From positions 23,007 through 87,006 of the forward strand of contig JBAYQP010000005.1 in NCBI GenBank assembly GCA_041677125.1: a stretch of 64,000 bases of DNA, in the 5' to 3' direction. How positions within the stretch are numbered: position 1 is the first letter of the stretch; each line of letters starts with the position of its first letter. Below, piece after piece: positions 1 to 8,880 of the stretch. The notes beneath the pieces are model-generated. The model ran no database searches. It was given only the letters and a program-made list of their open reading frames with translations, and was not told where the DNA came from. The translations under genes and the position numbers were made by a program. The stretch comes from Desulfuromonadales bacterium. Its GTDB lineage: Bacteria > Desulfobacterota > Desulfuromonadia > Desulfuromonadales > JACZKF01.

Positions 1-56
1 CGGGAGCGGTTCTGCGCGGGAAGTCGAGACTGGCGCAGGAGGAATCAACCGGGCTG

Positions 57-818
57 GTGGCGAAAATGACCAAGCCGCTGCACAAGCTTTCGGTGCCGAG
101 CGAAGAATCTATTCGCAAGAAGATTCGGCTGAAGCTGATTCAGGCCGGCTTTCGTTCGAATCAGGCCTACCGCAATTTTCTCGCGGCGAAAACCGCCGGC
201 GCCGTCCTTCTCCCCGTGGTCTGGCTTTTTCGCGGCCTTTTCGTTTCTCTCGATCCGAAAACCCTGGCGATCGCCTTCGCCCTGGCCGCCGTCGGTTATT
301 TACTGCCCGATTTCGTTCTCACCCATTTTCGCCAGAAACGGCAGGAAAGAATTTTCAAGGCGGTGCCCGATGCCCTGGACATGATGGTTGTCTGCGTCGA
401 GGCCGGGCTGGGGCTGGATATGACCTTCAAGCGGGTCGGCGAGGAAATCCGCTCCCTGTCGGTGGACTTGAGCGATGAGTATCTGCTGACCAACCTGGAA
501 GTGCGCGCCGGCAAAGGGCGGGAGGACGCCCTGCGCAACATGGGCCAGCGCACGGGAGTAGCGGAGGTGCAGAATCTGACGACGGTGCTGATCCAGACCA
601 GCCGTTTCGGCACCAGTCTGGCCAAGGCGTTGCGGGTGCATTCCGAAAGCATGCGCACCAAAAGACGCCAGATGGCCGAAGAGATCGCGGCCAAGGCGGC
701 GGTCAAACTGCTTTTCCCGCTGGTCCTGTTTATCTTCCCGACGATTTTTGTCGTTCTGCTCGGGCCGGCCGCCATCCAGATCGCCCGTAATCTTCTCCCG
801 GCCCTGGGGGGCCGCTAA
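57..818 (+). CDS. tadC: Tad/Flp pilus assembly inner-membrane protein TadC (type II secretion system F family); possibly 5'-truncated by the window edge
   Basis: The translation has a T2SS-F/TadC-like layout: a soluble N-terminal region ('IRKKIRLKLIQAGF') followed by paired TM segments, ending 'LLFPLVLFIFPTIFVVLLGPA'. A TPR lipoprotein follows, as in tad loci. The frame stays open back to position 3, so the true start may be upstream. In-window starts are GTG57 and ATG66. Confidence 0.7.
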   Translation: MAKMTKPLHKLSVPSEESIRKKIRLKLIQAGFRSNQAYRNFLAAKTAGAVLLPVVWLFRGLFVSLDPKTLAIAFALAAVGYLLPDFVLTHFRQKRQERIFKAVPDALDMMVVCVEAGLGLDMTFKRVGEEIRSLSVDLSDEYLLTNLEVRAGKGREDALRNMGQRTGVAEVQNLTTVLIQTSRFGTSLAKALRVHSESMRTKRRQMAEEIAAKAAVKLLFPLVLFIFPTIFVVLLGPAAIQIARNLLPALGGR

Positions 819-821
819 GGA

Positions 822-1742
822 ATGAAAACGATGAAATATCCGGCCATGATCCTGTTCCTCCTGCTTTGCGGCTGCACGACGACCACGGTGCAACACGCGA
901 ACATTACCGCGGCGGAAATGGCAAAGCTCGATACGGTGGCGGACGCGGACCAAAGCAAAGCGCTGGAAAATCTCTCCGTCCCGGATCTGCTGCGCGAAGG
1001 CGCCGGCTATCTGAGCCAGGGCAATCCGTCGCTGGCCGAGTTGCACTTTCTCATCGCCCTGAAAAAAGATCCCGGATCGGCGGCGGCCTGCACCGGTTTC
1101 GGTCGGGCACGGGCGGCTGTCGGCGACGCGAAAAAAGCGGAAATGGCCTTCCGCGAAGCGCTGCAACGGCAGCCGACCCATCTGCCCGCCCTTCTCGGCC
1201 TTGGCCGTCTGCACCGGCAGACGGGCAAAACGGAACAAGCGCGGGAGATCCTTGAAACCGCGCTGGAGAGCCATCCCGGACAGGTGGAAATCGCCTCGGA
1301 GCTGGCCATCGTCTACGACGGCTTTGGCCGGTACGACAAGGCCGAGCCGCTGCACCGGCAGGTGGTCGAGAAACAACCGGGATCGGCAGCCGCGTTGAAC
1401 AATCTCGGGTTCCACTTTCTGCTGCGCGAGCGCAATAGCGATGCCGTTGCGGCGTTGCAGCGAGCCTGGCGGCTCGAACCGGACAATCCCGTGATGCGCA
1501 ACAATCTGGCCGTGGTCTACGTTCTCGGCGGCGAAAGCGATCAGGCCCTGGCGCTGTTCCAGAAAACGCTGGGACCGGCCGCCGCCTGGAACAACCTCGG
1601 CTACATCCTGATGACGCAGGGGAAGAAGGAGCAGGCGGAAAAAGCCTTTCGCCAGGCGCTCGACCTGAACCCCCGTTTCTATGCCAATGCCAAGGAAAAT
1701 CTGGAGAAGCTTCAGCGCCGGGAAGAAACCACTGTCGAATAG
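822..1742 (+). CDS. tadD: TPR-repeat lipoprotein, TadD-like
   Basis: Lipoprotein signal 'MILFLLLCGCTTTT'. Multiple TPR units are present ('AELHFLIALKKDPGSAAA', 'AEMAFREALQRQPTHLPA', 'AEKAFRQALDLNPRF'). The ATG lies 3 nt after the tadC stop, with an AAGGA RBS. Confidence 0.65.
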   Translation: MKTMKYPAMILFLLLCGCTTTTVQHANITAAEMAKLDTVADADQSKALENLSVPDLLREGAGYLSQGNPSLAELHFLIALKKDPGSAAACTGFGRARAAVGDAKKAEMAFREALQRQPTHLPALLGLGRLHRQTGKTEQAREILETALESHPGQVEIASELAIVYDGFGRYDKAEPLHRQVVEKQPGSAAALNNLGFHFLLRERNSDAVAALQRAWRLEPDNPVMRNNLAVVYVLGGESDQALALFQKTLGPAAAWNNLGYILMTQGKKEQAEKAFRQALDLNPRFYANAKENLEKLQRREETTVE

Positions 1743-1764
1743 GTTGCCCAAGGGGAGAGTATCG

Positions 1765-2433
1765 ATGAAAAAAATCGTTTTCCTGCTGATTTTCCTTTTC
1801 GCCGCCGGGCCGGCTCTCGCCTTTCACATCGGACCGGCGACGCCGGCGGCGGACCACGGCGAGGTGAATCTCGGCGTGGGAACCTTCAACCACAAAGCGC
1901 AATTCGAGGCAATCGACTTCGAGCAGACCCGGGCCTACGCGCATCTGGGTTTCGGCCTCGGCCTCGAAAACGAACCCCGCCTGGAAATCTACCTGCGCGG
2001 CGGCGCGGCGGTTCTCGGCGATGAAAAAGATTTCAAGGATTACGTCGAAGAGGAGGGCCAAGCCTTTGGCGCCGTCGGACTCAAGGGCGCTTTCCAGGAA
2101 GGAAAATACTTCAGCTGGGGAATGTGTCTGCAGGGCGCCTATTTCGGCGATTATAAATCCAGGGAGCTGGAGATCAGGGACAACTGGGAGATCGAACTCG
2201 CCTTTCCACTCCAGGAACGCCTGGGACCGGTCATTCTTTATGCAGGTCCGGTTTTCTATCACGCCCAATTCAAAATGGACGATGTCCACGGTTTTATATC
2301 GAAGGAGAAAGAGGATGGCAACGCCGGCGGTTTCGGCGGCGTCGGACTGGAGTTGGGGCCGATCCGCCTGGAAGCCGAGGCTCAATACAGGAGCGACCTG
2401 TCGGTCGGCGGCTTCATGTCCGTTCATTTCTGA
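1765..2433 (+). CDS. Outer-membrane beta-barrel protein (small porin/OmpW-like class), paralog 1
   Basis: ATG1765 is preceded by a GGGGAGAG RBS. Signal peptide 'MKKIVFLLIFLFAAGPALA', alternating beta-strand pattern and a terminal aromatic residue ('SVHF'). It is paralogous to the next gene. Confidence 0.7.
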   Translation: MKKIVFLLIFLFAAGPALAFHIGPATPAADHGEVNLGVGTFNHKAQFEAIDFEQTRAYAHLGFGLGLENEPRLEIYLRGGAAVLGDEKDFKDYVEEEGQAFGAVGLKGAFQEGKYFSWGMCLQGAYFGDYKSRELEIRDNWEIELAFPLQERLGPVILYAGPVFYHAQFKMDDVHGFISKEKEDGNAGGFGGVGLELGPIRLEAEAQYRSDLSVGGFMSVHF

Positions 2434-2484
2434 CAGGAACCAAAGCTTAACCTTTCAGCCAGTCGAATCTTTACGGAGAAGCCG

Positions 2485-3117
2485 ATGAAAAAATTCATTC
2501 TGGTTTTTGTTTTCCTCGCCGTCTGCACCCCGGCTTTCGCCTTTCATATCGGCCCGGCGACGCCGGCGGCGGACCACGGCGAAGTAAATTTCGGCGTTGG
2601 TTATTTTCTGTACCAGGCCGAATGGGACGGTTTCGACGTCGAGCAGAACCGGGGTTACGTGCACCTGGGCTACGGTTTGGGAATTGAGGACGAGCCCCGC
2701 TGGGAGGCCTACATTCGCGGCGGCGCCGCCAACCTGGAAACGGCGGACGAGAATTTCGATGCCGATTTCGAGCCCTTCGGCATGATCGGCATCAAGGGAG
2801 CGTTCCACGACGGCGAGCATTTCGGCTGGGGGATGGCGCTACAGGGCGGAATCTTCGGCGACTTCGAGGACAACGGAGGCATGGTCGAAGACCTCTGGGA
2901 AATCGAGGCAGGCTTTCCCTTCCAGATGGGCGCCGGACCATTCGTGCTCTATGCGGGCCCGGTCTTCTACCGGATGAAATCGGAGCGGATCGAAGAAGAA
3001 GACAATTTCGGCGGTTTTGCCGGCCTGGCCATCACCCTCGGCCCCCTGAGCCTGGAGCTTGAAGGCCAGCTCAAAAGCGACATCTCGGCCGGGGGAAATC
3101 TGACCGTTCAATTCTAG
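2485..3117 (+). CDS. Outer-membrane beta-barrel protein, paralog 2
   Basis: Signal peptide 'MKKFILVFVFLAVCTPAFA', C-terminal 'LTVQF'. It shares the block 'AFHIGPATPAADHGEVN.GVG' and many internal motifs with the 1765..2433 product. Confidence 0.7.
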   Translation: MKKFILVFVFLAVCTPAFAFHIGPATPAADHGEVNFGVGYFLYQAEWDGFDVEQNRGYVHLGYGLGIEDEPRWEAYIRGGAANLETADENFDADFEPFGMIGIKGAFHDGEHFGWGMALQGGIFGDFEDNGGMVEDLWEIEAGFPFQMGAGPFVLYAGPVFYRMKSERIEEEDNFGGFAGLAITLGPLSLELEGQLKSDISAGGNLTVQF

Positions 3118-3150
3118 GACATATCGGTGCTTTGCAACAGGAGACTGGAA

Positions 3151-5064
3151 ATGCGCAAATGGATCATGGCGGCGCTCTGCATTCTGGCCCTCGCCGGCTG
3201 CGGGGACAATGACAGGAACAATGAGGACAACCCCTTTCGGTCGGACACAACCGCCGGCGATCCCAGACTCGCCCGGATGTCTCTTGCCGCCTCCCAATAT
3301 ACGGTGCTGACGGACAATTCCGACATGGCCACGGTGACCGTAACCGCCCTCGACCAGAACAATGCCGCCCTTGCGGACGTGCCGGTTGCGATACGCGCCT
3401 CGGCCGGGCTGCTGAGCGCGGCGGCGACAACCACCGGCGCGGACGGGACAGCCGCCTTCACTTTCCGGGCGGGTCCGGAGAAAGCCAACCAGGTGGTCAC
3501 CCTGACCGTCGCCTCGGGCGATACGGTTAAAACCGTGCCGATGACGATCACCGGCACGACGCTGAGCCTGAACGCTTCGAAAACCTCGCTGCTGGCGAGC
3601 GATACGCAGGGGATTGCGGTGTCCGGGCAAATTCGCGACGCCGGCGGAACCCCCCTTTTCGGGGAGGAGTTGATCCTGTCCTCCAACCTCGGCAATACCC
3701 TTTCGGCAACGGCGGAATTCGGCGGGACGACATCGGGCCCCATCATCGTGCTCACCACCAATGTCGATGGCGAATTTCAGGCCGGTTACAGCGGCGATGT
3801 CCTCGGTCAGGACACGGTCACCGTCAAAGGCGGCGGAGCGCAAAAGGATGTCCTGCTCACGGTAAAGGACACCCGTTTCGGTTTCGTCGATCCGGCTCAG
3901 GATACTTCCGTGCCGGTGGCCAGCGACGACAACGACCTGCGGGTCCAGTGGGAAGATGACAACGGTCCGGTCGAAGGGCAAATCCTGACCTTCAGCGCCA
4001 GCCACGGCGGCTTTGCCGGGGAGAGCGCTCCGGGACAAATCGAGGCGACGACGGATTCCCAGGGGCGGGCGACGGTGCGGTACATCGCCAGCAACCTGGC
4101 GACGCCGGCGACCATTCAGGTTTCCAGTTCGACGGGCCTGGCGGATTTTCTCCGGCTGAATGTCCTGGCGGTCAATCCGAGTCGTCTTGATGTGCAGGCT
4201 TTTCCCACCGTTCTTCCACCCAGCGTCGGCATCGCCGCTTCGACCTCCGACCTCGTCGCCACGGTCCGCGATGCTTCGAACAATCCGGTTCAGGGAGCGC
4301 GGGTGAATTTTCAACTCATCGCCGGTCCCGGAGGAGGCGAAAGCATTTCCCCCCTTGCCGCCCTGACCGACACCGCCGGTCAGGCGACTGCCGTCTTTAC
4401 CGCGGGCAGTCTGCCGTCCGCCCAGAATGGCGTCCAAATCCGCGCGGCAACCAGCGGCCTGATCACCGATGACGCCAGCGATCTTTACCTCACCATCGGC
4501 CAGAAAGCGGCGCGTATCGTTATCGGCACCACCAATCGGCTGGAAATCATCGAGCGGGACGGCATCGAGGTCGCCTACGGCATGCCGGTCACCGTTCTGG
4601 TCACCGACAACAACGGCAACCCTATCGCCGATCAGAAAATCAATCTGGGAATCCATCCGGTCCGGTTTAAATCCGGGCACTGGGAACGCATCACCGATGA
4701 GGAAATGCTCGGCGACGATCCACCGCATAGTCAGGCCGAGGTTACCGCTGTTTTCGAGAATGAGGATCGGAACAGAAACGGCATTCTCGATGCCGGCGAA
4801 GACGACGTCATTGTCAACGGACAACTCGATCCCGGCAACGTCGCCTCCATACCGCAAGAAGTGATTACGGATGAGTACGGGCTGGCGTCGTACAAGGTTG
4901 TCTATGCCAAGTCCTTCGCGGTCTGGACCGATGTGGAGTTGTCCGCCTTCACGGTCGTATCGGGCAGCGAGGCGAAGACGAAAACAGAGAGGAGCTTGCC
5001 GTGGCTGGCCGATGAAAACGGCTTCCCGGTGGAGCCGGTCATCAATTCGCCTTTTGGATTCTGA
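3151..5064 (+). CDS. Surface lipoprotein with repeated bacterial Ig-like (Big_1/invasin-type) domains
   Basis: ATG3151 follows an AGGAGA RBS. Lipobox 'ILALAGCGDN'. Repeated ~90-aa units of Big_1 type, e.g. 'ATVTVTALDQNNAALADVPVAIRASAG...GADGTAAFTFRAG' and 'LVATVRDASNNPVQGARVNFQLIAG...TDTAGQATAVFTAG'. Confidence 0.7.
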   Translation: MRKWIMAALCILALAGCGDNDRNNEDNPFRSDTTAGDPRLARMSLAASQYTVLTDNSDMATVTVTALDQNNAALADVPVAIRASAGLLSAAATTTGADGTAAFTFRAGPEKANQVVTLTVASGDTVKTVPMTITGTTLSLNASKTSLLASDTQGIAVSGQIRDAGGTPLFGEELILSSNLGNTLSATAEFGGTTSGPIIVLTTNVDGEFQAGYSGDVLGQDTVTVKGGGAQKDVLLTVKDTRFGFVDPAQDTSVPVASDDNDLRVQWEDDNGPVEGQILTFSASHGGFAGESAPGQIEATTDSQGRATVRYIASNLATPATIQVSSSTGLADFLRLNVLAVNPSRLDVQAFPTVLPPSVGIAASTSDLVATVRDASNNPVQGARVNFQLIAGPGGGESISPLAALTDTAGQATAVFTAGSLPSAQNGVQIRAATSGLITDDASDLYLTIGQKAARIVIGTTNRLEIIERDGIEVAYGMPVTVLVTDNNGNPIADQKINLGIHPVRFKSGHWERITDEEMLGDDPPHSQAEVTAVFENEDRNRNGILDAGEDDVIVNGQLDPGNVASIPQEVITDEYGLASYKVVYAKSFAVWTDVELSAFTVVSGSEAKTKTERSLPWLADENGFPVEPVINSPFGF

Positions 5065-5068
5065 AAAA

Positions 5069-6115
5069 ATGCTGTCCTGGCAAAAAATCCGCAGCGTCGG
5101 GTTGAAAGAGGCGCCCGCATCGCTCTATGAATCGCCGTGGCACCTGATGGCCATCCTGGTTTTCTCCATCTTCTTTGCCGAATCGGCGATGATGGCCCTG
5201 CTCTATCTGGTCGTGCCGCTGCCACAGGTTTTATCGTATTTGAACGATCCGCGGCTGGTCGTGTTTTTTCTTGTGCCGGCCCTGCTGATTTTGTTCCTGT
5301 TTCCGACTCTTGTTTTTTTCGTTTTGCATCCGCTGCGAAAAAACATTACCGAGCGCAAAAAGACCGAAACCGAGCTGAGGACATCGAGAGAACAGTTGCG
5401 CCATTTTTCATGGCGCCTGCAAGCGGCGCGGGAAGAAGAAAGAAAAAGGATCGCCCGGGAAATCCATGACGAATTGGGACAGGTGCTGGCAACCCTGGCC
5501 TTGGAGATTTCCGATCTGGAAGGCGATCTGCCGCTTGATCCGGGCAAACTGCGGCGCAAGCTCGCCGGCATGTCGCGGATGACGGCTTCGACCATCAAGA
5601 CCGTCCAGCGGGTCTCAGCGGACCTGCGGCCGATCATGCTGGACGATCTCGGGCTGGCCGCCGCTGTCCAATGGCAAGTCGGGGAATTTCGGAAACGGAG
5701 CGGCATCGCCTGCGATCTCCGTATCGAACTCGACCACCAGGAGCCCGACCGAGAACGGGCGACGGCGCTGTTCCGCATCCTCCAGGAAGCGTTGACCAAC
5801 ATACTGCGCCATGCTCAGGCCACCAGAGTCTCCGTGCGCCTGATCGAATCCGAATCCCGACTGATGCTGCAGGTCGGCGACAATGGCCGCGGGATCACCA
5901 GGGACGAAATCGCCCATCGGCATTCCCTCGGCCTTCTCGGCATTCGCGAACGCATCGTCTTTTTTGGCGGCGAGGTCAGGTTCAGGGGTTTGCCGGGGCT
6001 GGGGACGTCGGTGAAGGTCACGATTCCCCATCGGGTCATCGCGACGCAACCGGCGCCCGAGCTTTTGCCCGAATGGTCCTTGGGGGAAATGGCGCTGCCC
6101 AAGGCCGCCTCATGA
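5069..6115 (+). CDS. Membrane sensor histidine kinase, NarL/LiaS class (HisKA_3 + HATPase_c)
   Basis: ATG5069 lies 4 nt after the preceding stop. N-terminal TM helices are present. H-box 'REIHDELGQVLATL', then ATPase motifs 'LQEALTNILRHA', 'VGDNGRGI' and 'GLLGIRERIVFFGG'. The longer track ORF from 4871 overlaps the previous gene in an Arg-rich frame and was rejected. Confidence 0.85.
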   Translation: MLSWQKIRSVGLKEAPASLYESPWHLMAILVFSIFFAESAMMALLYLVVPLPQVLSYLNDPRLVVFFLVPALLILFLFPTLVFFVLHPLRKNITERKKTETELRTSREQLRHFSWRLQAAREEERKRIAREIHDELGQVLATLALEISDLEGDLPLDPGKLRRKLAGMSRMTASTIKTVQRVSADLRPIMLDDLGLAAAVQWQVGEFRKRSGIACDLRIELDHQEPDRERATALFRILQEALTNILRHAQATRVSVRLIESESRLMLQVGDNGRGITRDEIAHRHSLGLLGIRERIVFFGGEVRFRGLPGLGTSVKVTIPHRVIATQPAPELLPEWSLGEMALPKAAS

Positions 6116-6140
6116 CTTTGGCAACGGAAGAAACCGGCCG

Positions 6141-6767
6141 ATGATCAAGCGCGTTTTGATTGCCGACGACCATGCTATTTTCCGTGAAGGCCTCAAGCAG
6201 GTCATCATCGACAAAGCTGCGGCGGCAAGCGTCGATGAGGCGGCGAACGGCGCCGAGGCCTTGAAGAAGGTCGGCGCCAACCCCTACGACCTGGTCTTTC
6301 TCGATATTTCCATGCCGGGCCGCAGCGGCCTGGATGTGCTGATGGAACTCAAAAGGATACGGCCGGAATTGCCCGTGTTGATGCTCAGCATGTACCCCGA
6401 AGAGCAGTACGCGTTGCGCGCCTTTCGCGCCGGCGCGTCGGGCTACATGACCAAGGGCTGCACCCCCGCCGAACTGCTGTCGGCCATGCGCCGGGTGAGC
6501 GCCGGAAAGAAATATGTCAGCCCCGCCCTGGCCGAGGTTCTCGTGTCGATGGAAGGAGATGGAAAGCCTCTTCACACCCATCTATCCAACCGCGAATACC
6601 AGGTTCTTTGCATGCTCGCCTCGGGAAAAACCGTCAGCATGGTGGCGGCCGAACTGGCCCTGAGCATCAAAACGGTCAGCACCCACCGGTCGCATCTGCT
6701 GGGTAAAATGAATCTGAAGAACAACGCCGAACTGACCCGGTACGCCATTGAGCAGCAGTTGGTCTGA
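6141..6767 (+). CDS. Response regulator, NarL/FixJ (LuxR-type HTH) family
   Basis: Receiver domain ('VLIADDHAIFREG', 'DLVFLDISMPGRSG', 'VLMLSMY') plus a C-terminal LuxR HTH ('LSNREYQVLCMLASGKTVSMVAAELALSIKTVSTHRSHLLGKM'). Confidence 0.9.
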   Translation: MIKRVLIADDHAIFREGLKQVIIDKAAAASVDEAANGAEALKKVGANPYDLVFLDISMPGRSGLDVLMELKRIRPELPVLMLSMYPEEQYALRAFRAGASGYMTKGCTPAELLSAMRRVSAGKKYVSPALAEVLVSMEGDGKPLHTHLSNREYQVLCMLASGKTVSMVAAELALSIKTVSTHRSHLLGKMNLKNNAELTRYAIEQQLV

Positions 6768-6818
6768 AGTCCTTTCGGCACGCCCCGTCCCCCTGGTCAA
6801 CCGCCCTGCTCCGCCCCG

Positions 6819-6838
6819 CCCGCCGGCGGGATTTTTTG
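6819..6838 (+). terminator. Possible weak intrinsic terminator after the response regulator gene
   Basis: GC palindrome CCCGCCGGCGGG (6819-6830) followed by ATTTTTT (6831-6837). The stem is short. Confidence 0.4.
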
Positions 6839-6889
6839 ATACAGATACACCCTCCCCGCAAGCGCAGCGACAGGTGGAAGCGCTACGCC

Positions 6890-7045
6890 GGCTCATTGAT
6901 CTCGAAAATCATGAAAGGTCAGCTTGATGGCTTTTCTCTGGAAAAGCTCTGCATGTTGCTGGTGGCGTTCGACCGTGACGTGGATATCGTCATCAAGAAA
7001 CGAAGAAAAGGCGGGAGCGCCCACCTTAAGGTGGTGTACGGCTGA
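6890..7045 (+). pseudogene. 5'-truncated remnant of an XRE-family (HigA/antitoxin-like) DNA-binding protein
   Basis: 'SLISKIMKGQLDGFSLEKLCMLLVAFDRDVDIVIKKR' resembles the C-terminal half of small XRE antitoxins ('...VSDLLRGKIDKFSLDxLvxMLxxxGxxVxIxV'). The helix-turn-helix N-terminal half is absent and the upstream in-frame sequence looks non-protein-like. Confidence 0.4.
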
Positions 7046-7123
7046 AACGACCGGTTTGGTGAGCAGAAAACTTCCACCGCCATAAAAACGAAACTTCGTT
7101 CCGATGCTCACCATGGGCGCCGG

Positions 7124-7867
7124 TCATCCCCGTTTCCGGGAACTGGCCCATAAACCGCCTTCAATCAACGAAGTCCCGCCGTCTTCTTCCCACGTCCAGC
7201 GCAAAAGCGCATTCACCGCCCCACCCGATATCGCCAGCGCCCCGAGGTGCGAGGGTGCGACAAAGAAGTGGCGGAGGCGCCATGCGGAGTTCTCAGGCTC
7301 GGCGAGGTTCGCCGAAAATCCCCCTCCCCTCCCCTTCAGGTACGCCTCCTTGCGCGTCCAGAGCCGGTAGAAGGCACGCCGGCGGCGGTGTGGCGGGGCC
7401 TGCCGCAACGCCGCCTGTTCGGCCGGGGTGAAAAAGCGCTCGGCCAACGGGGCGAAATCCAGAGCAGGGTCGATCCGTTCGAGATCGACGCCGAGCGGCC
7501 GGCCGGCCACCGCCAACAGGAGAAGATCGCCCGAATGGGCCAGGTTGAAATGCAGGGTGCAATAATGTTCGGGGTTCAGGGCGGGTTTGCCGTGCGGACC
7601 GTAAACGAAGGAAAGCTCCGTCGGGGCAAGATCGAGATAGCGGCCGAGAATTTGCCGCAGGCGGGTGCGGCCGGCGGCGAAGGCGTGCGCCTTTTCCGGC
7701 AGGCGCAGGCGCTCGGCGCGGGCAAGTTCGTCGGGAGAGAGCAGGTTTTTGTGCCGCAGATAGCTTTTTTCCGCATCCGCCAGCGACACCCGCCACAGAT
7801 GCGCCTCGTCTGTGCCGAGGCTGAGTCGCTGCGGGGCCGCACGCCAGGGGGATACAGGCGCAAGCAC
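7124..7867 (-). CDS. 4'-phosphopantetheinyl transferase, Sfp type (candidate activator of the Pfa ACP domains)
   Basis: Sfp/EntD-like motifs: 'GPHGKPAL', 'FNLAHSGDLLLLAVA', 'GVDLERI', 'FYRLWTRKEAYLKGRG'. The track ORF (to 8170) has no internal ATG. GTG7867 lies 5 nt after the oleD stop and gives a typical 247-aa product. The upstream 101 codons overlap oleD and are Arg/Pro-rich. Confidence 0.8.
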   Translation of the reverse strand: MLAPVSPWRAAPQRLSLGTDEAHLWRVSLADAEKSYLRHKNLLSPDELARAERLRLPEKAHAFAAGRTRLRQILGRYLDLAPTELSFVYGPHGKPALNPEHYCTLHFNLAHSGDLLLLAVAGRPLGVDLERIDPALDFAPLAERFFTPAEQAALRQAPPHRRRRAFYRLWTRKEAYLKGRGGGFSANLAEPENSAWRLRHFFVAPSHLGALAISGGAVNALLRWTWEEDGGTSLIEGGLWASSRKRG

Positions 7868-7872
7868 GGGCG

Positions 7873-8880
7873 TTATTCGCTCTGGGGCGGCGGCCCGGCG
7901 GCCAGCCAGCGCTCCAGCCGCGCCATCCCTTCGTCGAAGGAGACGCGCGGCGCGTAGCCGAAATCGCGGCGGGCGGCGCTCAGGTCGAACCAGTGGGCGG
8001 TGGAGAGTTCGCGGGCGACGAAGCGGGTCAGACGCGGCTCGCCGGAGAGGCGCAGCCCGCCATAAATTTTCTCCAGCAACCAGCCGATCCGGTAGGCGGC
8101 GGCCGGCGAAATGCTGCGGCGGACCGGGGGCAGGCCGCCGGCGGCGAGGATGCGATTGACGATTTCCCACAACGGCTTTGGCTCCCCCTGGGCGAGGAAG
8201 TAGGCGCGCCCCGCCGGCGGCGAGCCGGCGACGAGACGGTCGGCGGCTTGCAGGTGCGCCTCGGCGGCGTTATCGATGTAGATGGTATCGACCAGGCAGG
8301 GGCGGTTGCCGATGCGGCGCAAGGCGCCGGCCCGGCCGCGGGCGAGAATGCGCGGCGCCAGATGGTTGTCTCCCGGTCCCCAGATCAGGTGCGGGCGCAG
8401 GGCGACAGTGGCGAGGCTGGCGCTGTTGGCGGCCAGCACCAGCCGTTCGGCTTCCGCCTTGGTCGCCGGGTAGCTGGCGTCGAAATGCCGCGGATAAGGG
8501 ATGGACTCGTCCACCCCTTCCATGTCGCTGCCGTCGAAGACGACGCTCGGCGAACTGGTGTAAACGAGTTTGCCGATGTCGTACTGCCGGCAGGCGGCGA
8601 GGACGTTGCGTGTGCCAACCACATTGGCCCGATAAAAATCGGCGTGCGCCCCCCAGACCCCGGCTTTGGCGGCGATATGGAAGACGATGTCGCACCCTTT
8701 CGCGGCTGCGGCCAGCGCCGGCGCATCGGTCAGCTCACCCAGGCAATGCTCGACATCCAGAGCGGCCAGCTCGGGGTGGGGACGCCGGGAGAAGGAGCGG
8801 ACCGCATCCCCACGCGCCCGGAGCAGGCGCACCACGGCTTGGCCGAGAAATCCGCCGCCGCCGGTGACCAGCGCCTTCAC
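7873..8880 (-). CDS. oleD: OleD: NAD(P)H-dependent 2-alkyl-3-ketoalkanoate reductase (3-beta-HSD/SDR family)
   Basis: Rossmann motif 'KALVTGGGGFLG' and catalytic 'SYPATKAEAE' (YxxxK), with overall 3-beta-hydroxysteroid dehydrogenase-like sequence. It is fourth in an oleA-B-C-D order. GTG8880 overlaps the oleC stop (GTGA). The TTG at 8901 is an alternative start. Confidence 0.8.
   Translation of the reverse strand: MKALVTGGGGFLGQAVVRLLRARGDAVRSFSRRPHPELAALDVEHCLGELTDAPALAAAAKGCDIVFHIAAKAGVWGAHADFYRANVVGTRNVLAACRQYDIGKLVYTSSPSVVFDGSDMEGVDESIPYPRHFDASYPATKAEAERLVLAANSASLATVALRPHLIWGPGDNHLAPRILARGRAGALRRIGNRPCLVDTIYIDNAAEAHLQAADRLVAGSPPAGRAYFLAQGEPKPLWEIVNRILAAGGLPPVRRSISPAAAYRIGWLLEKIYGGLRLSGEPRLTRFVARELSTAHWFDLSAARRDFGYAPRVSFDEGMARLERWLAAGPPPQSE

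Noticed and set aside
300-4857. Minus-strand ORFs of 483, 458 and 672 aa overlapping tadC, tadD, the OMP genes and the Big_1 gene
   Set aside because: They are shadow ORFs opposite well-supported + strand genes that have signal peptides, RBSs and family motifs.
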